Shown: positions 1 through 7,789 of the stretch, one piece after another
Numbering within the stretch: position 1 is the first letter of the stretch
How the letters are laid out: each line of letters starts with the position of its first letter
NCBI GenBank assembly: GCA_009602735.1
Contig: WELA01003621.1
Location: forward strand, 124,001-145,484
Length of the DNA stretch: 21,484 bases
Source of the DNA: Mesotaenium endlicherianum
Lineage: Eukaryota
Reading direction: 5' to 3'
Program-made: the position numbers and the translations under genes
Notes under the pieces: generated by a model
Database searches by the model: none
What the model was told of the DNA's origin: nothing
What the model saw: the letters and a program-made list of their open reading frames with translations, nothing else

Positions 1-451
1 GCACTTTATACACATCGGGATTATGCCGTTGCATAAAACGCTGGTAGAGTTCTTCCGGTAACGGCTCCCATCCAAACTGTTGATAAAGGCCATGCGCATC
101 TTTAGTGCCCAGCATCCAGCGTCTCAAACCCTGCAGTTCCGGGTTCGCATGGATGGTAGCAACGAGCCATTTGGATAACCCCTTGCCCCTGTGTTTCGGT
201 AAAATAAAAACATCGGCCAGGTAAGCAAAAGTGGCTTTGTCGGTAACCAGTCTGGCGAACCCAATTTGTTGGTTATGGTGGTAGACGCCAAAACAAAAAG
301 AATGTTCAATGGATCTTTTCACCACCTCGTAAGGAATACCGGCAGCCCAATAAGATTCTTCCGAGAGGTAACGGTGGATCACATCGATATTCAATTTAGC
401 AGGGTCTGTACTGATGGAATATCCTTCATGGTGATGATCAATGGGCGTCAT
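1..451 (-). CDS. GNAT family N-acetyltransferase (3' end runs off the window)
   Basis: Translated by hand because it is absent from the ORF track (no stop in the window). ATG at 451 gives MTPIDHHHEGYSISTDPAKLNIDVIHRYLSEESYWAAGIP...QIGFARLVTDKATFAYLADVFILPKHRGKGLSKWLV...GLRRWMLGTKDAHGLYQQFGW. It has the acetyl-CoA motif A (HRGKGL) and the GLY..FG motif. Its start overlaps the stop of the upstream pseudouridine synthase. Confidence 0.9.
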   Translation of the reverse strand, partial: MTPIDHHHEGYSISTDPAKLNIDVIHRYLSEESYWAAGIPYEVVKRSIEHSFCFGVYHHNQQIGFARLVTDKATFAYLADVFILPKHRGKGLSKWLVATIHANPELQGLRRWMLGTKDAHGLYQQFGWEPLPEELYQRFMQRHNPDVYKV

Positions 452-1028
452 AAAAAAGTTTTTTACGGATGGTGTTTTCAGATAATTCGATGATCTCTCC
501 TGGTTGCATCTTACCCAGTTCGAGTTGCTCGATCCTGTAACGGATCAAACGCAAAGTAGGAAATCCTGCTTTGGCAGTCATCCTTCTCACCTGCCTGTTT
601 TTACCTTCCGTGAGGATCATGCGAATCCAGGGTGAAGGTATTTCTTTCCGGAACCGGATGGGCGGGTCGCGGTCGGGAACAGGCGGCGCTGTTTCAAATA
701 CCATTGCCCTGCATGGCAGGGTATGATGCGCTTTGCCATCGATGTTGATGATCACACCAGATTGCAATTGTGCAATGGCTTCTCCGGTAATGGCGCCATC
801 TACCTGTACCCAATATTCTCTTTCGTGTGCAAAGCCCGGATCCAATAAACGATGATTGAGTGTTTTATCATTCGTTAGCAATAACAATCCTTCACTGTCA
901 TGATCCAATCTTCCTACAGGATATACATCACGGGGCACTTTGAAATAATCGGCCAGTGTTTTCTTTCCTTCCACTGCAGAAAACTGGGAAAGACATCCAT
1001 AAGGTTTGTTGATGAGGAAGTAGCGCAT
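438..1028 (-). CDS. rluE: rRNA pseudouridine synthase, RsuA/RluE family (no S4 domain)
   Basis: Motifs NKPYG, YPVGRLDHDSEGLLLLTND (catalytic Asp), EREYWVQV, LTEGKNRQVRRM and GFPTLRLIR. Start moved to ATG 1028 (MRYFLINKP); the track's 37-aa extension does not look family-like. Confidence 0.88.
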   Translation of the reverse strand: MRYFLINKPYGCLSQFSAVEGKKTLADYFKVPRDVYPVGRLDHDSEGLLLLTNDKTLNHRLLDPGFAHEREYWVQVDGAITGEAIAQLQSGVIINIDGKAHHTLPCRAMVFETAPPVPDRDPPIRFRKEIPSPWIRMILTEGKNRQVRRMTAKAGFPTLRLIRYRIEQLELGKMQPGEIIELSENTIRKKLFYDAH

Positions 1029-1423
1029 CTTACAAAAACAAAAGTCCCGCAGAAGCGAGACTTTGTATATGGATGGGTTAGTAAGTACCGGGAAATAAAT
1101 TTCCCAACACAATATTAAAAATAGTTTTATCGAAAGCAAAAAAAATTTTGAACAATTTTATTCACATTTTCGGCGGGAATGTGAATTGCGCGTATATGTT
1201 TGGCACGATCTTTCGCTGCAATATCCGTTGTTGTGTTTTGAATTTTACATTTTCAGTTCATTGTTGTATCTGCTGAAAAACTGATGAATAAAGGGTTACA
1301 GCAGTTATCATTTTTATCATGCAAACAAAATACACTTCATTTTTTACGTCTTATAAGCCGTTAAAAACAGGTAAAAAGGCGGGAACCGGGGCCTAAAAAA
1401 ATTTTCTCTTCGCCAGGTGTTGT

Positions 1424-1431
1424 TACCTTTG
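1424..1431 (+). promoter_or_regulatory. Bacteroidota sigma-A -7 element (TACCTTTG) upstream of lpxD
   Basis: Exact TAnnTTTG match 22 nt before the lpxD ATG. Confidence 0.6.
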
Positions 1432-1453
1432 ATTTTTACCCAAAACCATCATT

Positions 1454-2398
1454 ATGAAGTTCCCAGCGCCCGTTTCCATACAATGGATTGCCGACCTGAT
1501 CCAGGCAACCCTTTCAGGAAATCCAGATGCACAAGTAACAGGCATCAATGAAATTCACCGCGTGGAAGCAGGCGATCTTGCATTTGTTGATCATCCAAAA
1601 TATTACGATACCTGTCTCAACAGCGCCGCTACTTTCATCATCATCAATACCAACGAAGTAAATATTCCCGACGGTAAAACCATTCTCGTTGTTGCCGATC
1701 CTTTCGAATCGTATTTAAAAATCGTCAATCATTTCAGGCCCTTTGTTCCTGCCAATAAAACCATCAGCGATACAGCGGTGATTGGAGAAGGAACTGTGAT
1801 CATGCCCAATGTATTCATTGGTCAGCATGTACGCATAGGCAAGAACTGCACCATCCATCCCAATGTTTCCCTGCTCGATTACAGCATCATTGGCAACAAT
1901 GTAGTAATACAAGCAGGCTCTGTTATTGGCAGCGATGCATTTTATTACAACACCAAAAAGAACCGCGAAGTATGGTATAAAAGAATGCAAAGCTGCGGTT
2001 GGGTACATATAGAAGATGATGTAGAAATTGGCGCCGGGTGTACCATCGACAGGGGCGTAACGGCCGACACAAGAATAGGTAAAGGCACACGGATAGACAA
2101 TATGGTGCATATCGGTCACGATACCCTGGTAGGAAAAAATTGCCTGTTCGCCGCGCAGGTGGGTATTGCAGGTGGAACCATTATTGAAGATGGTGTAACG
2201 CTATGGGGACAGGTAGGCGTTAGCAAAACCCTTACCATTGGCGCCAACGCCATTGTGCTGGCACAAAGTGGTGTGCCTTCTTCACTGGCCGGTGGCAAAA
2301 CCTATTTCGGTTATCCTGCAGAAGAAGCTTCAATCAAGAGAAGAGAGCTGGTGTGGATCAAACGCATTCCCGAGCTCTGGAAAAAAGTGATGGATTAA
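1454..2398 (+). CDS. lpxD: UDP-3-O-acylglucosamine N-acyltransferase (LpxD family)
   Basis: LpxD N-terminal domain (GDLAFVDHPKY, DPFESY), hexapeptide left-handed beta-helix repeats, IGAGCTIDRG, DNMVHIGHD and AQVGIAG. Confidence 0.92.
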   Translation: MKFPAPVSIQWIADLIQATLSGNPDAQVTGINEIHRVEAGDLAFVDHPKYYDTCLNSAATFIIINTNEVNIPDGKTILVVADPFESYLKIVNHFRPFVPANKTISDTAVIGEGTVIMPNVFIGQHVRIGKNCTIHPNVSLLDYSIIGNNVVIQAGSVIGSDAFYYNTKKNREVWYKRMQSCGWVHIEDDVEIGAGCTIDRGVTADTRIGKGTRIDNMVHIGHDTLVGKNCLFAAQVGIAGGTIIEDGVTLWGQVGVSKTLTIGANAIVLAQSGVPSSLAGGKTYFGYPAEEASIKRRELVWIKRIPELWKKVMD

Positions 2399-2399
2399 T

Positions 2400-3374
2400 T
2401 CACAGTTTGTATTGCTGTTTCAATTCACTGCATACCCTTTGGATGGTATCGGTTAGTGGCGTGTATTGAAAACCGGGCAGGTATTGCAACAATTTTTCGT
2501 TATTGAAGTAAACTTTCGCCTGCGCCGTGCGTGCAGTTTCCCTGGTGAGCAAAGGATCTTTCCCCGTTATTTTTCCTTTGATCGCTTCAAGTCGCCATAC
2601 GATCTCTGCCAGCAAGGGCGTTACTTTTTTATGCGGCGGTCGTTTGCCAAATTGTTGTGCTGCTACCGTGAAAATAGTCCTGTAAGGCACATTGTATCCG
2701 CTGAGGATGAAGCGCTGTGCGCTGATGTCTTTTTCCATCAATAATACCATGGCCCGCACTACATCCTGTACGTCTACAAAACCGCTGACCCCATCGGTAT
2801 ACCAGGGGAACGCTTCATAAGCCGATTTGAAAATACCCGATGAGCCGGATTCCCAATCACCTGCTCCTAAAATGATCACGGGGTTCACCATCACCGCATT
2901 CAACCCTTCTCCTATTCCCCGCCATACTTCCATCTCGGCCAGGTATTTGCTTTTGCCATATTCGCTGTTACTGGTTTCGGCGGTCCAGTTCATGGTTTCG
3001 TTGATGGCTTCATTTTCCCGGATACGACCAAGAGCCGCCACCGAACTCACGAACAACAATTTCTGTACCCCTGCATCCAGGCAGGCATTCACCACATTGG
3101 CGGTTCCTTCAATATTGGTTTGATGTAACGCTTGTTTTCTTTTGGGATGAAACGATACCACCGCAGCGCAATGATACACCTGCGTAACGCCTTTCATGGC
3201 TTCCTCCAGCGATACAACATCCAGTATATCGCCGCGCACCCATTGCACTTTGCCATTGAAGTCGGAAGACGGGATAGCAGAACGGTACAGGGCCCGTACT
3301 GTACAACCGCGGCCCGTTAATTCTTTCAGGAGGTGTGCACCCACCAATCCCGTTGCTCCCGTTACTAGGATCAT
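2400..3374 (-). CDS. NAD-dependent epimerase/dehydratase (extended SDR, dihydroflavonol-reductase-like)
   Basis: MILVTGATGLVG Rossmann motif, VYHCAA, FVSSVAALG and YGKSK (YxxxK). ATG 3374 preferred over GTG 3389. Confidence 0.88.
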   Translation of the reverse strand: MILVTGATGLVGAHLLKELTGRGCTVRALYRSAIPSSDFNGKVQWVRGDILDVVSLEEAMKGVTQVYHCAAVVSFHPKRKQALHQTNIEGTANVVNACLDAGVQKLLFVSSVAALGRIRENEAINETMNWTAETSNSEYGKSKYLAEMEVWRGIGEGLNAVMVNPVIILGAGDWESGSSGIFKSAYEAFPWYTDGVSGFVDVQDVVRAMVLLMEKDISAQRFILSGYNVPYRTIFTVAAQQFGKRPPHKKVTPLLAEIVWRLEAIKGKITGKDPLLTRETARTAQAKVYFNNEKLLQYLPGFQYTPLTDTIQRVCSELKQQYKL

Positions 3375-3409
3375 GCTATCTGTTTGCACGAAGATAAGGC
3401 CGGGAACCT

Positions 3410-3832
3410 TTAGACAGGATTACATTTTGAACATATACCGCTAACCACCACATCGGTTTGGGTGGCACGGAATCCTTTGGGTAATTGTACTGCAGGCACC
3501 GTTATGTGGTCGAGACAATAAGTAGTGCCACAGGCATCGCAAAGGAAATGGATATGGTCGTCGTGGTGATGACCGGCAGAACATTCATCCTTGCACAAAG
3601 CGTAGCGCACTGAGTTGTCGGTGGTGGGTATGGTATGAATGATGCCCTTTTCCACAAAGGTTTGCAAGGTGCGGTAAACGGTTACCCTATCGAATCCTGT
3701 ACCACTGCGCTGTTCAATATCGGCATGCGCCAAAGCGCCGTCGGTACGTAAAAACATATCCAGTATTTTCTTGCGGCTTTCGGTAACACTTAACTGGTTG
3801 CGCTTCAATATTTCACTGGTACTGCTAAACAT
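3410..3832 (-). CDS. Fur-family metalloregulator (Zur-like)
   Basis: VTESRKKIL, DRVTVYRTLQTFVEKGII winged helix, His-rich HHHDDHIHFLCDACG and C-terminal CSKC (two CxxC structural Zn motifs). Confidence 0.9.
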   Translation of the reverse strand: MFSSTSEILKRNQLSVTESRKKILDMFLRTDGALAHADIEQRSGTGFDRVTVYRTLQTFVEKGIIHTIPTTDNSVRYALCKDECSAGHHHDDHIHFLCDACGTTYCLDHITVPAVQLPKGFRATQTDVVVSGICSKCNPV

Positions 3833-3838
3833 GACACA

Positions 3839-4495
3839 CTATTGAGGGTTGTTACTAAAAATGTTGCTGGCAAAACGCGCCGATCCCTTTTCTGCCAGAA
3901 GCGTCCGGATATCTTTCTTCATTTTATCCAGTTCGTCTGCTTTCAAACCATCGTATATCTGTCCGCGCACTTTGCCATTCTTATCCACCAATGCAAAAAA
4001 CTGGGTATGGATGAACTGGTCTTCGATCTTCTGGAAACTGTTCTTCGGATCATCTAACAGGTACGAATTCCGTGCCAGTTGGTACAGGCTGTCTTTCCTT
4101 CCGGTGAGGAATACCCATTTGGCGGGATCTGCTTTCATGGAGTCGGCATAGGCTTTCAAACGGGGCACAGAATCGGTTCCGGGGTCACAGGTATTGGAAA
4201 CGATCATGAAATCGGGCTCCTGTTTGAAAGTCTCATAAATGGCTTTCATGTTGGTATTCATCTTCGGACAAATGCCCTTGCAACTGGTGAAAAAATATTC
4301 CACCACACTTACTTTTCCCAGCATGTCCTGGTCGGTATAAGGCCGCCCGTCCTGCGCAGTGAGACGATAAGGTTTCACATAACTCAATACCGGCAGTTTG
4401 GGTTTCCACAAATCTGTTCCCCTGAAAAGGAAGAAGTAAAACCCCGCTAACAATACCACAAAAAACAAGAGGTAAACCAGCCATTTTCTTTTCAT
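3839..4495 (-). CDS. SCO1/SenC family copper chaperone
   Basis: N-terminal TM anchor, FFTSCKGICP (CxxxC), DPGTDS..LKAYA, WVFLTG and FIHTQFFALVD (conserved His). Confidence 0.92.
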   Translation of the reverse strand: MKRKWLVYLLFFVVLLAGFYFFLFRGTDLWKPKLPVLSYVKPYRLTAQDGRPYTDQDMLGKVSVVEYFFTSCKGICPKMNTNMKAIYETFKQEPDFMIVSNTCDPGTDSVPRLKAYADSMKADPAKWVFLTGRKDSLYQLARNSYLLDDPKNSFQKIEDQFIHTQFFALVDKNGKVRGQIYDGLKADELDKMKKDIRTLLAEKGSARFASNIFSNNPQ

Positions 4496-4511
4496 ATCCG
4501 TGTTTGAACTA

Positions 4512-4519
4512 CAAAGTTA
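4512..4519 (-). promoter_or_regulatory. -7 promoter element (TAACTTTG) for the sco-fur unit
   Basis: The reverse complement of caaagtta is an exact TAnnTTTG, 16 nt before the SCO ATG. Confidence 0.6.
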
Positions 4520-4556
4520 CACCCAAGTGCCTGATAAACCGGGTTTAAGGAAATAT

Positions 4557-4587
4557 TTTGCAACATTGTTGCATTGTAGTAATTTTG
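4557..4587 (+). promoter_or_regulatory. Complete Bacteroidota promoter TTTG-N19-TAATTTTG overlapped by a perfect palindromic operator TGCAACA-T-TGTTGCA (4559-4573)
   Basis: -33 TTTG at 4557-4560 and -7 TAATTTTG at 4580-4587, with a canonical 19-nt spacer. The 7-1-7 inverted repeat overlaps the -33 box and the spacer. Confidence 0.75.
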
Positions 4588-4594
4588 TCTTCTT

Positions 4595-4999
4595 ATGAGC
4601 ATCAAAGTCAACTGGGACGCATTCGGCATTGCCACTTCGCTGGCCTGCGCTATCCACTGTGCCATCCTGCCGCTGGTATTGACAAGCCTGCCCTTATTCG
4701 GGGTGGAGATCATTGAGAACCGCTGGTTCGAATACCTGATGATCGGGATCGCTTTTTGTGTGGGTAGCTACGCTTTATATCATGGGCGGAAAAAACACCA
4801 CCATAGCTGGCTGCCCCTGGTTCTTTTCAGTATTGGTATGGTATTCCTGGTTACCAAGATGATCTTTCATGCGCTCCAGCTTTGGTTGCTGGTGCCTGCC
4901 GTGATCCTGATCGTTACCGCTCATTTTTTGAATTATAAACTTTGCCGGGTACACAACCACGCGCATGCAGATGATTGCAGCCACGAATCTGTGATCTGA
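4595..4999 (+). CDS. MerC-domain membrane protein (putative metal uptake), His-rich C-terminus
   Basis: WDAFGIATSLACAIHCAILP (CxxHC typical of the MerC domain), four hydrophobic segments, GRKKHHHS loop and C-terminal HNHAHADDCSH. Confidence 0.82.
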   Translation: MSIKVNWDAFGIATSLACAIHCAILPLVLTSLPLFGVEIIENRWFEYLMIGIAFCVGSYALYHGRKKHHHSWLPLVLFSIGMVFLVTKMIFHALQLWLLVPAVILIVTAHFLNYKLCRVHNHAHADDCSHESVI

Positions 5000-5001
5000 T
5001 C

Positions 5002-6507
5002 TTAACTGAAGGTATAACTCATACCACCACCTTTTTCATCTTTCAGTTGTACGCCCAGCGCCGCCAACTCATTCCGGATCTTATCGCTGGTAACAAAATC
5101 TTTTCGGGTCTTGGCTTCCTTACGTATGTCTATCAGTAATTGCAGCACACCTTCGAGTTTGCCATCGTCGGCAGACCGCTCGCTCTGCAATCCGAAGATG
5201 TCTTCTACATAGGCTTTCAGTTGGGTTTGCAACAATGCCACTGTAGTGGTTGATAAAGATTCGGCCGATATATGTTTGTCTTTGATGGAATTGATCACGG
5301 ATACCAGTTCGAACATATTGGCCAGCACTTTTGCTGTGTTGAAGTCATCGTTCATGAATTCATCGAACTCATCTACCAGCTTCTTCACTTTTTCATCCAG
5401 TGCCACATCACCGGCCGTATCGGCTCCACAGATGCCCGACTGTTGCAACCAGTTATACGCTTCCCACAAACGCTTCATGGCTTTTTCTGCCGCCTGCAAG
5501 GCTTCATTGCTGAAATCGAGTGTGCCCCGGTAATGGCTTTGCAAAATGAAGAAACGGATGGTCATGGGATGATAAGCCTGTGTGAGTGCAGGATGCGAGC
5601 CGCTGAACAGTTCGGTAAGCCTGATCACATTGTTATAACTCTTACCCATTTTTTTCCCGTTGATGGTGATCATGTTATTATGTAACCAATAACGGGCCGG
5701 GGTTTTGTGATTGCATACGGTACTTTGCGCAATCTCACATTCGTGGTGCGGGAAAACGAGGTCCATCCCGCCGCCGTGTATGTCGAACTCTTCTCCGAGG
5801 TATTTGGTACTCATGGCCGAGCACTCGATGTGCCAGCCGGGAAACCCTTCTCCCCAGGGACTTTGCCAGCGCATGATGTGTTCGGCAGGCGCATGTTTCC
5901 ACAACGCGAAATCGCTTTTATTCCGCTTCTCATCCTGGTTATCCAGTTCGCGGGTGGTATCGAGTTGGTCTTCCAAAATACGGCCACTCAATATGCCATA
6001 AGGCTGTCCCTTTTTAGAAAAATCGGTGTTGTATTTCTCTACGTCGAAGTACACAGAGCCATTCGCTTCATAAGCATATCCATCGGCAATGATCTTTTTG
6101 ATCATTTCAATCTGCTCAATAATGTGACCTGTAGCAGTGGGTTCTATGCTGGGGTTCAGGTTGTTGAAACGCCGCATGGCCCAATGATAAAGATTGGTGT
6201 ATTTCTGCACCAGCTCCATGGGCTCCAGTTTCTCGAGCACGGCCTTCTTGCTGATCTTGTCTTCCGCTTCGCGTCCTTCTTCTTCAAAATGCCCTGCATC
6301 GGTGATATTTCGCACATACCGTACTTTATAACCCAGGTAAAGAAGATACCGGTAGATAACATCGAAAGTAATGAAAGGCCTGGCGTGACCCAGGTGGCTT
6401 TCTCCGCTTACGGTGGGTCCGCATACATACATGCCAACATACGGTGCATTGATGGGTGTAAACGTTTCTTTTTCGCGGGTCAGGGAATTATATACTTTGA
6501 GTGGCAT
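5002..6507 (-). CDS. cysS: Cysteine--tRNA ligase
   Basis: [12 protein letters not shown] (HIGH motif), [53 protein letters not shown] (KMSKS motif) and C-terminal DKIRNEL. Confidence 0.98.
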   Translation of the reverse strand: MPLKVYNSLTREKETFTPINAPYVGMYVCGPTVSGESHLGHARPFITFDVIYRYLLYLGYKVRYVRNITDAGHFEEEGREAEDKISKKAVLEKLEPMELVQKYTNLYHWAMRRFNNLNPSIEPTATGHIIEQIEMIKKIIADGYAYEANGSVYFDVEKYNTDFSKKGQPYGILSGRILEDQLDTTRELDNQDEKRNKSDFALWKHAPAEHIMRWQSPWGEGFPGWHIECSAMSTKYLGEEFDIHGGGMDLVFPHHECEIAQSTVCNHKTPARYWLHNNMITINGKKMGKSYNNVIRLTELFSGSHPALTQAYHPMTIRFFILQSHYRGTLDFSNEALQAAEKAMKRLWEAYNWLQQSGICGADTAGDVALDEKVKKLVDEFDEFMNDDFNTAKVLANMFELVSVINSIKDKHISAESLSTTTVALLQTQLKAYVEDIFGLQSERSADDGKLEGVLQLLIDIRKEAKTRKDFVTSDKIRNELAALGVQLKDEKGGGMSYTFS

Positions 6508-6587
6508 GAGAGGTTATGGTTATTAGCATGGATACAATAAGACAGGAACAAGGCAGATACTGCCGCAACAACAGGAGATCGGCGGCT

Positions 6588-6626
6588 TCAGCAACAACAG
6601 CAACAGTATGGATAGATTCTAATCAT
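6588..6626 (-). CDS. Putative polycysteine leader peptide (uORF) MIRIYPYCCCCC upstream of cysS
   Basis: The minus strand reads ATG ATT AGA ATC TAT CCA TAC TGT TGC TGT TGT TGC TGA. Five consecutive Cys codons end at the stop, 80 nt upstream of the cysS ATG on the same strand. A TATCTTCG -7-like box lies at 6634-6641. Confidence 0.78.
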   Translation of the reverse strand: MIRIYPYCCCCC

Positions 6627-6643
6627 TTCGCTGCGAAGATATT

Positions 6644-7759
6644 TTATTTTCTTAAACGAAGATCGGATACCAGCATAATATGATCGCTCAGGTCTTCATC
6701 CACCATATCGAACTGCCTTACCTCGAAATGTTTGTCGGCCAGGATATAATCGATCCGCAATGTGGGCGCCAGGGAAATGAAGCTGCGGCCAATACCAAAG
6801 CCTTTTTTAAGGAAGGCGTCCTGCCAGCTGTCCTTGATATGGAAATAAGTGAAGGAGTTGGGCACATCATTGAAATCGCCGCAGAGAATGGTGGGGTACG
6901 GACTGGCATCCAGCGCTTCCCGCACCAGGGAAGCCTGTACGCCCCTCCGGCGGAAGGCCAATCGCATCTTCACAAAAATATTCTTAGACGCCATCAGGGC
7001 TTCTTCGTCCTGCGTGCGGATCTTCTCCAGGTCGTTGTAGTCGCCTTTTTTGAATTTGAAAGATTGCAGGTGCGTGGTAAACAATCGTATGGTATCGGCG
7101 CCTTTTACGATATCCGCGTAAATAAGACTTTCGGCCACCGGGTATCGTACCCTGCCCGTGTCTACGATGGGATATTTAGAGAAGATGATGCAGCCCGACT
7201 GGTACTCCCCGTTGTTACGCTGGTAATCTTTCGAAAAAAAATAATAAGGAAAACGGCCGGTAAACAACGAGAGATTATCGGCATCATTGCCTGAACGGCT
7301 GGCATGGTTGAACTCCTGCATGCAAATCACATCGGGCTCCAGCTTCAGCACAGTTTGCGCTACTTCTTCGCGGATGTGTTTTTTTGTTTCCTTGTTTTTA
7401 GACAGCCCGTTAAAACTCTGCACGTTCCAATCCACCACGCGCAGGTCGTTACTTTTCTTAGGTTTGTTGATACCCGATCCGGGATGCCAGGCAAACAATA
7501 CATTGAGTTGCCGGTAACCTACACACAGTGCAACAAGTGGCAGCAACGCCAATACCGGCTTCGCAATAAGCCAGCCAATCAGAAAAAATATCAGCAATAA
7601 AACCAGGTAAGGAACAATAAGCCCGGTAAAACCTATCAACCACCAATGTGTGGGGTTGAGGTATGGCGAAAGACAAGCCAGTAAAAACAAAGCAACGAGT
7701 AAAAGATTGATTCCGATAAGCGTTGTTTTTACTGCGCGACGAAAAAGGGTCTTGGCCAT
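6644..7759 (-). CDS. Endonuclease/exonuclease/phosphatase (EEP) family membrane protein
   Basis: Three N-terminal TM helices, then VDWNVQ, PDVICMQEF, IFSKYPI, TTHLQS, ILCGDFND, RIDYIL and SDH. Confidence 0.92.
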   Translation of the reverse strand: MAKTLFRRAVKTTLIGINLLLVALFLLACLSPYLNPTHWWLIGFTGLIVPYLVLLLIFFLIGWLIAKPVLALLPLVALCVGYRQLNVLFAWHPGSGINKPKKSNDLRVVDWNVQSFNGLSKNKETKKHIREEVAQTVLKLEPDVICMQEFNHASRSGNDADNLSLFTGRFPYYFFSKDYQRNNGEYQSGCIIFSKYPIVDTGRVRYPVAESLIYADIVKGADTIRLFTTHLQSFKFKKGDYNDLEKIRTQDEEALMASKNIFVKMRLAFRRRGVQASLVREALDASPYPTILCGDFNDVPNSFTYFHIKDSWQDAFLKKGFGIGRSFISLAPTLRIDYILADKHFEVRQFDMVDEDLSDHIMLVSDLRLRK

Positions 7760-7789
7760 GCGTAAATTTACGAAATCTTATCTCAAGCC

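Noticed and set aside
1201..1216. TGGCACGATCTTTCGC as a sigma-54 promoter
   Set aside because: The -24 TGGCACG matches, but the -12 GC is displaced by one base, and sigma-54 spacing is strict.
1284..1364. 26-codon ORF MNKGLQQLSFLSCKQNTLHFLRLISR upstream of lpxD
   Set aside because: No compositional signal or motif; expected by chance in an intergenic region of this length.
4595..4999. Mercury-resistance operon
   Set aside because: Only a MerC-like domain is present; there is no merA, merR, merT or merP in the window.
5707..6540. 277-aa plus-strand ORF
   Set aside because: Antisense shadow of cysS with no recognisable motifs.
6508..6643. T-box riboswitch upstream of cysS
   Set aside because: The region is only about 135 nt, lacks the AGGGTGGNACCGCG T-box motif and a terminator/antiterminator pair, and is better explained by the poly-Cys uORF.
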